Assembly: GCA_049290195.1 (NCBI GenBank)
Contig: JBATNE010000165.1
Location: 1,074-65,073 of the forward strand
Direction: 5' to 3'
DNA: 64,000 bases
From: Candidatus Zixiibacteriota bacterium
GTDB lineage: Bacteria > Zixibacteria > MSB-5A5 > GN15 > FEB-12
Of this stretch, positions 46,694 to 58,663 are shown piece after piece. The translations under genes were made by a program, and so were the position numbers. Positions within the stretch are counted from its first letter, which is position 1. Every line of letters begins with the position of its first letter. The notes under the pieces were generated by a model that saw nothing but the letters and a program-made list of their open reading frames with translations, did not search any database and was not told the origin of the DNA.

Positions 46694-48046
46694 CTACCCC
46701 TGCCTGGGGTTGCTGTCCTGACGCCCCTGAGCGTAAATGCCTACCAGTTCAATGACTTTCCCCGATGCATCCCGGACGAACTTCACGCGAAAGTACTCGC
46801 TCGAAGAATGTTGAAACAGATCAGCCTCCAGCGGAATCAGTTTCGCCTTGGGATTACTGTCCCGCTGATACCAGAGACTGCCGTTCTCCACCCAAATCTT
46901 CCGCGGACCATATTGTCCGGCGTAATCCGCCAGCTTGTCCGCTGAAATCGAATACTGCAGCGTATCGTATTGGATGGCCGACCGCCACCAGGTCAGTTGA
47001 AGCCTATTCAAACTGTCCGGTTCTGCCTTCGCCAGACTGTCCAGAATCATCATTCGGGCTACCGACAGCGCTTTGTCCGCCGAGACCGGAACATCAGGAA
47101 CTACCCCCACTCCTTCCCAGTTGGTTCCGGTGATCGGGTTAATCGCTTTTCCCCAGGCCACTGATACGTTGATTCTGAGATTCGGGAAGTGAATCAGGTC
47201 GTTGGGATGTGCTCCTCCGCCGGTCGTCTCTCCCACCAGATGGGCGCGATGAAGGTTCTGCAGATTGTAGACAAACTCCTCCGCCGCCGAAAACGAATTG
47301 CGACTGGTCAGAACATAGATCGGCGTCTGTGCCATCCGGGGACCCTCGACCTGTGCCTGCGTCCAAAACTGCGATATGCTGTCGGTCAGGCGACTGTAGA
47401 AGCTGTTTAAATGAACCGGCGTCTCAAAGAAGTAGCTCGTAATGAGCTGTATCATCGACGGATCACCGCCGCCGTTCTTCCGAAGATCGATAATGAGCGC
47501 ACGACTATGCGCCAGAAAGTTCATTGCCGATACCCCCGTCGCTCCGGCAATGTCCGCCTCGTAAAATCCATTCAGTGTCAACAGCCCAATATTTCCCGGA
47601 AGTATCTCAACGTTCTCAAACCCGAAATTGGCACTCTTGCCGAACTCAAACCGCTTCCGTCGCCGTTCCGCCGGATTGAGCGTATCCTCTCCACCCACCG
47701 GAGGCTTGTCCGCCGGCTCCACCCAGAGGTGACCGTCGTGCGTTTCTCCCCGCAAATCCTTGGTCAGCTGGAGGGAAAAATCATTGATCGTAGTGAGCGA
47801 ATCATACTTTCCCCCTTTCAGGCGGGCATGAAGCAGTTTCGAGGCCGCCTTAGCTTTCTCGGGCAGCACGTACATCCGCTCCAGAAGCGCGCCGACCGTG
47901 TCGACAATCGCTTTCCGGTCCGCCGATGTCACTGTGCGGTTCTCCCCTCCCTGCGACATGATCTGGCCGTCGACACTGGTCGTTACCATTGCCGCAACCG
48001 CCAACCCGGCTAACCCGCGTGCGATAACTCGATAGAGAGAAATCAT
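46694..48046 (-). CDS. S41 family peptidase (tail-specific protease/IRBP-like)
   Basis: Signal-like N-terminus, S41 core ALIIDLRKNGGGDPSMI, and TSRNSFSAAEEFVYNLQ. Confidence 0.85.
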   Translation of the reverse strand: MISLYRVIARGLAGLAVAAMVTTSVDGQIMSQGGENRTVTSADRKAIVDTVGALLERMYVLPEKAKAASKLLHARLKGGKYDSLTTINDFSLQLTKDLRGETHDGHLWVEPADKPPVGGEDTLNPAERRRKRFEFGKSANFGFENVEILPGNIGLLTLNGFYEADIAGATGVSAMNFLAHSRALIIDLRKNGGGDPSMIQLITSYFFETPVHLNSFYSRLTDSISQFWTQAQVEGPRMAQTPIYVLTSRNSFSAAEEFVYNLQNLHRAHLVGETTGGGAHPNDLIHFPNLRINVSVAWGKAINPITGTNWEGVGVVPDVPVSADKALSVARMMILDSLAKAEPDSLNRLQLTWWRSAIQYDTLQYSISADKLADYAGQYGPRKIWVENGSLWYQRDSNPKAKLIPLEADLFQHSSSEYFRVKFVRDASGKVIELVGIYAQGRQDSNPRQG

Positions 48047-48257
48047 GAATCACTCCTGGACTTGAAGTATTGGTGCCGGCGAAGCGAGTCCTCGCCCATC
48101 TTCCTCCTCCTACTACGTCAGACCCGACCCTGGTGTTGCCTTCCCGCCCGCTCTCCCCCTTGCCCTGACTCCTATTTATGGTTAAATTTGGTCATCACAC
48201 TGGTCTTCCGGACACCCGGAGCGGCCAATCATTCCCGATCAAGTCAAAGGAGCCCAA

Positions 48258-48644
48258 ATGCTGAAAAGCTTGTCCCCGATGCTGTACACCCGAGAGCTGA
48301 AAGAGACGGTCGATTTCTATGTGACTGTTCTTGGCTTTGTCTGTCACGAATTTCGTGAGGACTGGGGTTGGGCGGTGGTGGAGCGCGAAGGCATTCATAT
48401 CATGTTCGCTCGTCCCAACGAACATATACCATTCGACAAACCGCTGTTTACCGGGTCATTCTATATTTACTCCGACAACGTCGACCAGCTGTGGCACCAG
48501 CTTCATGAAAAGACTTCGATCTGCTACCCCATCCAGGACTTCTTTTACAACATGCGGGAATTTGCCATTTATGACAATAATGGCTATTTGCTCCAGTTCG
48601 GACAGGAAATTGCCGACCCGGATGCCAGTTCCACCCACCCCTGA
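48258..48644 (+). CDS. VOC (glyoxalase/bleomycin-resistance) family protein
   Basis: ATG follows AAAGGAG. The beta-alpha-beta-beta-beta pattern begins LSPMLYTRELKETVDFYVTVLGF and ends FAIYDNNGYLLQFGQ. Confidence 0.8.
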   Translation: MLKSLSPMLYTRELKETVDFYVTVLGFVCHEFREDWGWAVVEREGIHIMFARPNEHIPFDKPLFTGSFYIYSDNVDQLWHQLHEKTSICYPIQDFFYNMREFAIYDNNGYLLQFGQEIADPDASSTHP

Positions 48645-48779
48645 GCAGCTTTCGTCCGGTTGCATTTCTGTTGACTTCGGACGGTCAAAGCCCTTACATA
48701 GGCGGAAATTTTGCCCTCAATCCAACTGACTGCTGCGCGGCTCGCGGAATGGTAGTGTGTGTAACTTGCGAGGTGTCCC

Positions 48780-49208
48780 TTGAGTTGTTCTTACCAAATA
48801 GATGTCGATCGAAAGCTTATCGAAGTCAAGTTTAGCGGCTTAGTCTCAATCGATGAGAAAATAGACTGCGACCGGCAGATTATCGATGATCCCCGTTATC
48901 AACAGGGGATGAGCGCAGTGTGGGATATTACGGCCGCAACGTTCAACTGGAATCTTGCCGACATTGACCGGCTTCGGGTCTATGTTCGCGGGATCCGCGA
49001 ACGGGTAGGACGCTCGTTTTGGGCGGTAGTCGTGGGCGAGAGCCCCGCCGATTTCACCGCCAAGTTGTTCTCTCTTCTGCACGAGGCCTATGACACTATC
49101 ATAATCATCCAACTATTTAGGTCCCAAACCGATGCCCTTGCCTGGCTGGAGAGCCAAGCTCAGCCGGAACGTGGACTATCGCGACCCGATTTCGGCACTG
49201 AGAGCTAA
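48780..49208 (+). CDS. STAS/SpoIIAA-like small protein (tentative)
   Basis: TTG start. The pattern runs from IEVKFSGLVS, through VWDITAATF and FWAVVVGESP, to the C-terminal FRSQTDALAWLES. This resembles SpoIIAA-like stand-alone domains (recalled from memory, not verified). Confidence 0.5.
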   Translation: MSCSYQIDVDRKLIEVKFSGLVSIDEKIDCDRQIIDDPRYQQGMSAVWDITAATFNWNLADIDRLRVYVRGIRERVGRSFWAVVVGESPADFTAKLFSLLHEAYDTIIIIQLFRSQTDALAWLESQAQPERGLSRPDFGTES

Positions 49209-49454
49209 CAGTCCGCCGGGTGAATTTCCGGACTGATCTTCCGATACATATGGTATAGAAAAGGCGGGGCGGCCTCGACGGCTGGGAAGTTGGGGCATGT
49301 ACGACTAATCCTTTTCATCAAAACTATACGCACGGTTGATTCGGAACGGAATCAGTACTGGGGCAGAACAAGTGCGTCCCGCGCTTTGGTAGTCATCACT
49401 TTTCTGCGACAGAGTCTGCCTGTCTTCACCCCGAATCACCAGTTGGGAATTGCG

Positions 49455-52400
49455 ATGTTGATCGCCGAGACTCTTGCGGGCCAGGCCATTCGTCAGCACT
49501 GCACCTCGAATCGTCCTCAATGGCTCTCTACTCGCAAACACGGCCTTCTTCTTCAATTCGTGCTGAAGAATGGCGCTCCTGAATTGCACTTTGGCGGAAA
49601 TCCGAGTGACTTGTCAGGATATCTCCCCAAAGCGGATACGGCTCCTTTGTACGACCGCTTTCTCTCCGCCATTTCCCCGGAGTTCCGGGACCAGACCGCA
49701 TCGGCTCTCCACTCCGCACTGTTGGATGGCAACCCGATACAGCTCGAGATTCTGCTCGCTGATCAGGAGCAGGCGGAACGCTGGATTCGCCTCATACTCA
49801 CCCCCGCTGAACCGGCAGCCGGATCGGTTGCTCTGACCCTTTTCGATATCACGCGCGAAATGCACATTTGCGGCCAGGCACATCATGACGCCACCCGGCT
49901 GGAGCTCGCCATCGAAGCTGCCGATGATGCCGTGTGGGACTGGAATCTGGTGACTAACCACCCCTATTTCAGCGACAGGTACTATTCGATGCTCGGGTAT
50001 GCCCCCAACGAATTTCCTGCCAGCTATGAGAGCTGGCGCTCGCTGGTCCATCCTGACGATATCGAATCGGCTGAACTCATCCTCAGGGAGCATTTCGCCA
50101 ATCAGCGCGAAACGTATATCGCCGAATTTCGCATGCGCCAGAAATCAGGATTTTATATCTGGATTCAGGCCAGAGGCAGAGTCGTCGCATGGGACGGCGA
50201 AGGCAGAGCGACCCGCATGGTGGGGATCCACACCGATATCTCTTCCCAGAAACTTGCCGAACAGAGTATTCGCGAAAGTGAACACGCTTATCGCGCCATG
50301 TTCGATCAAAGCCCCTTTACCGTCACGCTACGCCGCCTGAATGGACCATACGTGGACGTCAATCGCAAAATGCTCGATGCCTGTTGCCTTCAGCGCTCCG
50401 AGATCATCGGCAAGACACCCCTTGAACTTGGCTTGTATGACCCCGAGACCAATCGCCAGTTCAATGAGAATCTGGCCCACGATGGCGGCATGAGCAATTT
50501 CGAAATCGTCAGCCTGATCGGCGGGCGCTATCGCAACCTGCTGATGTCCGCACGAATCATTGATATCAACGGCGAGCCCCATGTCCTCACCGTCGGCAAC
50601 GACATCACCGACCGCAAGAATGCCGAACAGGCCCTTGAACAAAGCCGCCTGCAACTGCGCGGACTGACCGACAATCTCCCGGGAGTCATCTATCAGTTCG
50701 AGCTGAAACCGGACCGTACCCATAAACTGCGCTTCATTTCCGGCAAGGTCGAACAGATCCTGGGCTTTTCCAAAGACCGACCCGACCTGATTACTACCCT
50801 CATCTCCCGAATAGATCCGCGTGATATCGAGGAGTTCCGCCACTCCCTCTATAAATCACTGTCAACACTGTCCCAGTGGCAATTCGAAGGGCGGTATGTC
50901 CGCGAAAACGGGGAAATCTCCTGGTTCAAAATGCTCTCCACACCCCATCGCGAAAACGATCTGGTCGTATTCGACGGCATCATGCTCGACGTCACTGATC
51001 TGCTCGAAGCCCAGCAGCGACTCCACGACAGCGAAACCATGCTGACGGCCGTGCTTGAAACCATCCCCGGACGCGTCTTCTGGAAAGACCAGAATCTGAA
51101 TTTTTTGGGCGGAAATTCCGCCCTCGCGCGCGATGCCGGCTTGGGGCGGCCCGATGATCTTGTCGGCAAGTCCGACTATGAATTGGCCTGGAAAGACCAG
51201 GCGGATCTGTATCGAGCAGATGACTTCAAAGTCATGGAAACCGGCATCGGACGACTGAACTACGAAGAACCGCAGACTACTCCCGAAGGCACTACGATCT
51301 GGCTCCGGACAAACAAAGTACCCCTTCGCTCGGCCTCCGGCGAAATTATCGGCGTCCTCGGAACCTATGATGACATCACCGAGAACAAGAAGATGGAAAG
51401 CCAGCTCGCCCGCGCCGAAAAGATGCAGGCGCTCGGCCTGCTCGCCGGTGGTGTGGCCCATGACCTCAATAATACCCTCGGACCCCTCGTCGGCTATCCG
51501 GAATTGATGCTTCGCCAACTCCCCGAGGGTTCTCCCCTGCGCAAAATGGTCCTTCGAATAGAACGCGCCGCTATTGATGCCGTCGATGTCATCCAGGACC
51601 TGCTGACGCTTGCGCGCCGTGGACGGTATGAATTGAAACCGATTTCACTCAACGACGTTGTCGCAACTTATCTTGATTCCTCCCACTATCTCCGCATCAG
51701 CACGGAAAGGCCGGGGATCAAAGTCACTACCGATCTCAATAAAGACCTGCCACTCATAATGGGATCGACTGCGCACCTGTCCAAGGTGATCATGAATCTG
51801 GTCGGCAACGCATTCGAAGCCATGGAAGAACCTTCCAGCCTCACTATCACAACTCAGACCGTGGAACTCTCCCGACTGGAATCCGGCGTGACTATCCCCG
51901 CTCCGGGTCTTTACAATCTTCTTCGCATACGGGACACCGGCTGCGGCATCGCCCGCGAAGATCTCCACAAGATCTTCGAACCATACTTCTCACGAAAGAG
52001 CATGGGGCGAAGCGGCACCGGACTCGGATTGGCCGTCGTCTATGGTGTGGTCAAAGATCACCAGGGATATTACGATGTGTTTTCCGAAGTCGGCAAAGGG
52101 ACGGAATTCGTCTTCTACTTCCCAGTGTCAGCGGAAGAAGCCGAAGTGGAAAGGCAGGATGAGAACAACGAACAGGCGGTCAAAGGAAAAGTACTCGTGG
52201 TCGACGATTCTGTCGAACAACGTGAGCTGGCTCACCAGTTGATCGCCGGACTTGGGTACGAAGTTGATTCGGTGACGAACGGTCACGAAGCCCTCAAGTA
52301 TCTCGCCGGCAACCACGTCGATGTCGTCGTTCTTGACATGGTGATGGAGAAGGACTTTGATGGCTTGTCAACCTATGAGGCAATGCTCAAGATGCGTCCG

Positions 52401-52550
52401 GAGCAACGCGCGCTCATAGTAAGCGGGTTCTCCGACATGGAGCGGGTCCACAAGATGCAGGCCCTGGGTGCCGGACCGTTTGTCCGCAAACCGTATACGA
52501 TGAAGGCAATCGGCGACGCGCTGTCCGAAACTCTCCGCAAACCCCACTAG
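49455..52550 (+). CDS. Multi-PAS hybrid sensor histidine kinase with C-terminal receiver
   Basis: Four or more PAS/PAC-like modules (for example AADDAVWDWNLVTNHPYFSDRYYSMLGY), H-box VAHDLNNTLGPLVGYPE, and HATPase motifs NLVGNAFEAM, DTGCGI and GTGLGLAVVYG. Receiver motifs VLVVDD...VVVLDMVME...VRKPY. The start is uncertain: the ORF opens at TTG 49290 and the first ATG is 49455. Confidence 0.85.
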   Translation: MLIAETLAGQAIRQHCTSNRPQWLSTRKHGLLLQFVLKNGAPELHFGGNPSDLSGYLPKADTAPLYDRFLSAISPEFRDQTASALHSALLDGNPIQLEILLADQEQAERWIRLILTPAEPAAGSVALTLFDITREMHICGQAHHDATRLELAIEAADDAVWDWNLVTNHPYFSDRYYSMLGYAPNEFPASYESWRSLVHPDDIESAELILREHFANQRETYIAEFRMRQKSGFYIWIQARGRVVAWDGEGRATRMVGIHTDISSQKLAEQSIRESEHAYRAMFDQSPFTVTLRRLNGPYVDVNRKMLDACCLQRSEIIGKTPLELGLYDPETNRQFNENLAHDGGMSNFEIVSLIGGRYRNLLMSARIIDINGEPHVLTVGNDITDRKNAEQALEQSRLQLRGLTDNLPGVIYQFELKPDRTHKLRFISGKVEQILGFSKDRPDLITTLISRIDPRDIEEFRHSLYKSLSTLSQWQFEGRYVRENGEISWFKMLSTPHRENDLVVFDGIMLDVTDLLEAQQRLHDSETMLTAVLETIPGRVFWKDQNLNFLGGNSALARDAGLGRPDDLVGKSDYELAWKDQADLYRADDFKVMETGIGRLNYEEPQTTPEGTTIWLRTNKVPLRSASGEIIGVLGTYDDITENKKMESQLARAEKMQALGLLAGGVAHDLNNTLGPLVGYPELMLRQLPEGSPLRKMVLRIERAAIDAVDVIQDLLTLARRGRYELKPISLNDVVATYLDSSHYLRISTERPGIKVTTDLNKDLPLIMGSTAHLSKVIMNLVGNAFEAMEEPSSLTITTQTVELSRLESGVTIPAPGLYNLLRIRDTGCGIAREDLHKIFEPYFSRKSMGRSGTGLGLAVVYGVVKDHQGYYDVFSEVGKGTEFVFYFPVSAEEAEVERQDENNEQAVKGKVLVVDDSVEQRELAHQLIAGLGYEVDSVTNGHEALKYLAGNHVDVVVLDMVMEKDFDGLSTYEAMLKMRPEQRALIVSGFSDMERVHKMQALGAGPFVRKPYTMKAIGDALSETLRKPH

Positions 52551-52593
52551 ACTGATCGCAAGGTGTTGTCGTCTGTCAACTCAGCTCAAATCC

Positions 52594-52621
52594 GCCCGCC
52601 AGGCATAGTGGCCCGGCGGGC
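52594..52621. terminator. GC-rich hairpin between convergent genes (possible terminator)
   Basis: An 11-bp stem with one mismatch (gcccgccaggc / gcccggcgggc) and loop atagtg. There is no clear U-tract on either strand. Confidence 0.4.
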
Positions 52622-52654
52622 ATCCTACTATCTCTCACTATCGAGTCGCGCGAG

Positions 52655-54082
52655 TTACGCCGGCACGATATTCTGATTTGAACGGAACAGATTCTGCGGA
52701 TCGTACTTCTTCTTGATCTGCACCAGCCGGTCGTAGTTGGGACCATAGGCTGATTTGATTCTCTCAGACTCATCGTCGGTCAGGAAGTTCACGTATACGC
52801 CACCGGTCGCGTACTCGGCCGTGTCCCGGTAGAAGCCGCGCGCCCAGTCCATCCCCGCCTTGTCTTCGGCCGCCGTTTCCCATCGCCCGTGAACGTTACA
52901 CACGAACGCGGCGTTGCGATGCGAATACGCCGCTGCATCCGGTTTGGGACGCATCGTCGCCCCGCCAATCGCACCGAAAAAGATCTCGCTGTGCGGCGAC
53001 GGCAGATTGCGAATGTACTTGATCGTCACCTCGATCGCCCCGTCAGACAGCTCGGTGAAATTGTGCGATTTCCAGTAGTTCCTCGCACCCGGTGTCAAAA
53101 GCGGATCAAATGCCTGCTGCCACATCCGGAACGGCTGTACGCCGATGTGCTCCCCCACCGGTGTTCCGAAATGACGCACCGGCTCAATTGCCTTCTTCCC
53201 AGCCTCCGGATCTCCAGCATAGCAGATGGCAAACACGATGATCTCTTTGCCGTGGATCTCGGCCGGAAGGAACGGAAGCGGCGGCGCTTTCCGAAGAACA
53301 GTCCAGACAGTCGTATTCTCATCCGCCTGCTTCATGAATTCCCGATATTTCTTGAGCGCACTGGCCGCTTCCTCGAGCTTGTACACCACAAGCCCGCTCA
53401 GCACATTCGGACCAAGCTGATGAAGTTGGAATTCGAAACGCGTGACTATGCCAAAATTGCCGCTGCCCCCCTTGAGCGCCCAGAATAGATCGGCGTTTTC
53501 GGTCGCGCTCACTCGAAGGAACTGTCCGTCGGCGGTAACCACGTCCATCGCCAGAAGATTGTCGATCGTCATCCCGAACTTACGGGAAATCCAACCGAAT
53601 CCGGCACCAAGGGTCAGCCCCGCGACTCCGGTCGTCGAGTTAATACCCAGCGGTGTTGCAAGACCAAACGCCTGTGCTTCCAGATCAAAATCCGCCAGCG
53701 TCGCTCCCGGCTCGACATGGGCGATCTTTGCATTCGGATCGATTCGCACCGAGCGCATACCTGAGAGGTCGATCAAGACACCGCTTTCGCAGACGGCACT
53801 TCCGGCGATATTATGCCCGCCCCCTTTGACCGATGAACACAGACCGTTGGCTCGCACAAAGTCGACCGCGGCTTTGACATCGCTCACCCCGGCACACTGG
53901 ATCACCAGCCCCGGATGGCGATCTATCATCGCGTTCCAGATTGTCCGTGCCCTGTCATATCCATCCTCTCCCGGGAGAATCAACGTCCCGCGAAGACCGG
54001 CTTTCAGGCCGCCGAGGACATTTTCATCGAGAGTCACGATCCCGCCGCCTAACCGCTCTACCTTCACTGCTTTCATAAGCAC
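52655..54082 (-). CDS. FAD-linked oxidoreductase (FAD_binding_4 + berberine-bridge-enzyme-like C-terminus)
   Basis: PCMH-type FAD domain IQCAGVSDVKAAVDFVRANGLCSSVKGGGHN. BBE-like end YVNFLTDDE...YDRLVQIKKKYDPQNLFRSNQNI. Confidence 0.88.
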   Translation of the reverse strand: MLMKAVKVERLGGGIVTLDENVLGGLKAGLRGTLILPGEDGYDRARTIWNAMIDRHPGLVIQCAGVSDVKAAVDFVRANGLCSSVKGGGHNIAGSAVCESGVLIDLSGMRSVRIDPNAKIAHVEPGATLADFDLEAQAFGLATPLGINSTTGVAGLTLGAGFGWISRKFGMTIDNLLAMDVVTADGQFLRVSATENADLFWALKGGSGNFGIVTRFEFQLHQLGPNVLSGLVVYKLEEAASALKKYREFMKQADENTTVWTVLRKAPPLPFLPAEIHGKEIIVFAICYAGDPEAGKKAIEPVRHFGTPVGEHIGVQPFRMWQQAFDPLLTPGARNYWKSHNFTELSDGAIEVTIKYIRNLPSPHSEIFFGAIGGATMRPKPDAAAYSHRNAAFVCNVHGRWETAAEDKAGMDWARGFYRDTAEYATGGVYVNFLTDDESERIKSAYGPNYDRLVQIKKKYDPQNLFRSNQNIVPA

Positions 54083-54530
54083 CCACTCCTGAAATTATTA
54101 CTATATACTCTCGCCCGGCGTTCTTCTGTACTCATCATGGACACCCCGTGGCGTCCGGCTCTCCCCTTAAACGTAAGAGAGACAGACTTGATCCACGTTT
54201 CCCGAAAGTTCGGGGAAATAATGCTGATTATGGTATTGGGCCGATTTGGACCCAAAATTGGCTCTTCCGCTCCGACGTTTATGCGCGACGGGCCCGCCGG
54301 GAGACGGCGGACCAGAAAATTGATCGGATACCGCTGCAGTGTTCCCCAACTATCGTATACTGGACTAGGTTAGTCAATGATTATCTTACAGCCCAGACTC
54401 CCGATGGGACGGTTGTGGCAAAAAGGCGGGTAACTGCGTCATTGTTCAAAGCGAGCATGGTGAGCTGCAGTCTCAACCCCCAGCCACATAATCGTGTCAT
54501 GTGAACACTAAGAATCGACAATGCCCAAAC

Positions 54531-54580
54531 GCGTCATTGCGAGGAGTATCGACCCCTCGGTCGATGCGACGTGGCAATCT
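54531..54580. repeat. Left arm of the inverted repeat flanking the GIY-YIG gene
   Basis: The sequence is gcgtcattgcgagg-[agtatcgacccctcggtcgatgcgacgtg]-gcaatct. The centre folds as atcgacc/ggtcgat. Confidence 0.8.
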
Positions 54581-54640
54581 TCACTTCATTCAGCACCCGA
54601 TTATTTCATGAGCGCACGCCTAGTGGCGCCAAGTCGAGCG

Positions 54641-54922
54641 TCATAACTCGTCCCACAAGTCGCGCCACGTCGGGTTCACCGACACAACCAACTCAATCTT
54701 CTTTCCCCTCGATCCCGCCTTGATTTGTTTCTCTCGTGCTATGGCAAGGTCAATGTCCCCAAACACTTCGAAGTATACTAACCTGGTCACTCTGTATCTC
54801 TTGGTAAACCCGGGAACGAGCGACTCTCTATGCTGGTACACCCTCCCAACGAGATCACTTGTCACCCCCACGTACAGTACACTGTTCTCCCCGTTTGCCA
54901 TGATATATACGAATGAGCTCAT
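54641..54922 (-). CDS. GIY-YIG nuclease family protein (small stand-alone URI-type)
   Basis: 93 aa. FVYIMANGENSVLYVGVTSDLVGRVYQHRE ... REKQIK fits the GIY-(x10)-YVG, R and E pattern. Confidence 0.88.
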   Translation of the reverse strand: MSSFVYIMANGENSVLYVGVTSDLVGRVYQHRESLVPGFTKRYRVTRLVYFEVFGDIDLAIAREKQIKAGSRGKKIELVVSVNPTWRDLWDEL

Positions 54923-54940
54923 CGTGCTGAATGATGGTTA

Positions 54941-54989
54941 AGATTGCTTCGTTGTTCCACCAGAAGGTGGAACTGCCTCGCAATGACGC
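54941..54989. repeat. Right arm of the inverted repeat flanking the GIY-YIG gene
   Basis: The sequence is agattgc-[ttcgttgttccaccagaaggtggaactg]-cctcgcaatgacgc. Its termini are the exact reverse complement of the left-arm termini (14 + 7 nt). The centre folds as gttccacc/ggtggaac. Confidence 0.8.
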
Positions 54990-55129
54990 AACAAGCTGAA
55001 CTTAATTACTGACGCTGGCGGTACGAATCACTTTTGTGTTGCCGCAAACGTACAATCCAAAGACAAAACGGGCCAGGAGATTTCTCTCCTGGCCCGCATA
55101 TGGACAAGTCCCTGATCGCGATGTGGCTC

Positions 55130-57546
<2,417 letters not shown>

Positions 57547-57592
57547 TATCGTATCTCCTTATATGAATTGAAAAATGATGTCGTCGTTCTCA

Positions 57593-58567
57593 TCACGTGA
57601 TCACGATCTCCGATGAATCCCCGACATTGAGCCGTTTCGGCGATCCATTGATCGTGACATGATATCCCACCAGCGACTGGTCCAGCACCGCCTGAATCAC
57701 CTTGGCGTGCGGCCCGACAATCGAGTCGCTGATAACCGAATTTTCAACCACCGCGCCTTCCGATACCGAGACATACGGCCCCAGTACCGAATTCTTGACC
57801 GTGGCTCCCTCGGCGATAAACACCGGCGGGATCACCACTGATCCGTCAATCTTGGCCGTCTGCTGTTTGGTGGTCAACAGGTGGCGATTGGTCGAGAGCA
57901 GAGTTTCTTTCTTTCCGCAATCAAGCCATTCTCCTACTTCGAACGGCACGAACTTGGTCCCGTTTCTAATCATCCCCTGCAGCGCGTCGGTAAACTGAAT
58001 CTCGCCTCGGGTGGTCTTCCCGGATGCCATGTGGGCTTCCAGCGCTGTTCTCAGCGGCCTGGAATCCTTGAAATAGTACAGCCCGACAATCGCCAGATCG
58101 GTCTTCGGATCGGCCGGCTTCTCTTCAAGCGCCGTCACCATTCCATCTTTGATTTCCGCGATCCCGAACCGATGCGGGTCATCGACCCCTTTGAGCGCCA
58201 GGACATTGTCCCCGGCGGCGACAAACTTCTCCAGATCGATCTCGACAATCGTGTCCCCCAGGAGAATCAACAGCGGACCATCCGCCATCTCCTTCAACGC
58301 CAGGCTCATTGCGTATCCGAGCCCCAAGAGCTGCTCCTGCCAGACAAACCGAGCCTTGAAACTGTACCGGCTCTGGATGTACTTCTGTACATCCTCACCC
58401 TTGAACCCGATCACGAATATGATCTCTTCCGGATTCAGCTTCATGATCGGTTCGAGGACATGCGAAAGGATCGGCCGGCCTGCTACATGCAAGAGCACCT
58501 TCGATGTCGAATAGGTATGGGGGCGAAGCCGCGAGCCTACTCCCGCGACCGGTATGATCACTTTCAA
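57593..58567 (-). CDS. Sugar-phosphate nucleotidyltransferase with C-terminal left-handed beta-helix
   Basis: N-terminal MKVIIPVAGVGSRLRP (the G-x-G-x-R motif of NDP-sugar pyrophosphorylases). Hexapeptide-like repeats at the C-terminus. Confidence 0.85.
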   Translation of the reverse strand: MKVIIPVAGVGSRLRPHTYSTSKVLLHVAGRPILSHVLEPIMKLNPEEIIFVIGFKGEDVQKYIQSRYSFKARFVWQEQLLGLGYAMSLALKEMADGPLLILLGDTIVEIDLEKFVAAGDNVLALKGVDDPHRFGIAEIKDGMVTALEEKPADPKTDLAIVGLYYFKDSRPLRTALEAHMASGKTTRGEIQFTDALQGMIRNGTKFVPFEVGEWLDCGKKETLLSTNRHLLTTKQQTAKIDGSVVIPPVFIAEGATVKNSVLGPYVSVSEGAVVENSVISDSIVGPHAKVIQAVLDQSLVGYHVTINGSPKRLNVGDSSEIVIT

Positions 58568-58663
58568 CGAGATTCCTCCTGTACGGGCGGAAGGTAAAAG
58601 AACTCCATGCTCTCCACAAGCCTTATCCTGTTTTCAGGGTGAATGGGACGCTCGAAGGGGCCC

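Noticed and set aside
54148-54504. 118-aa plus-strand ORF in the gap next to the GIY-YIG cassette
   Set aside because: The composition is Arg/Lys/Pro-rich and irregular. There is no SD, no motif, and several overlapping alternative ORFs of similar quality. It is more likely non-coding.
57547-57592. Possible SAM or SAH riboswitch in front of metK/ahcY
   Set aside because: Only 46 nt separate metK from the upstream gene, and ahcY overlaps the metK stop (TAATG). There is no room for a riboswitch aptamer, and I see no SAM-I or SAH-like conserved helices.
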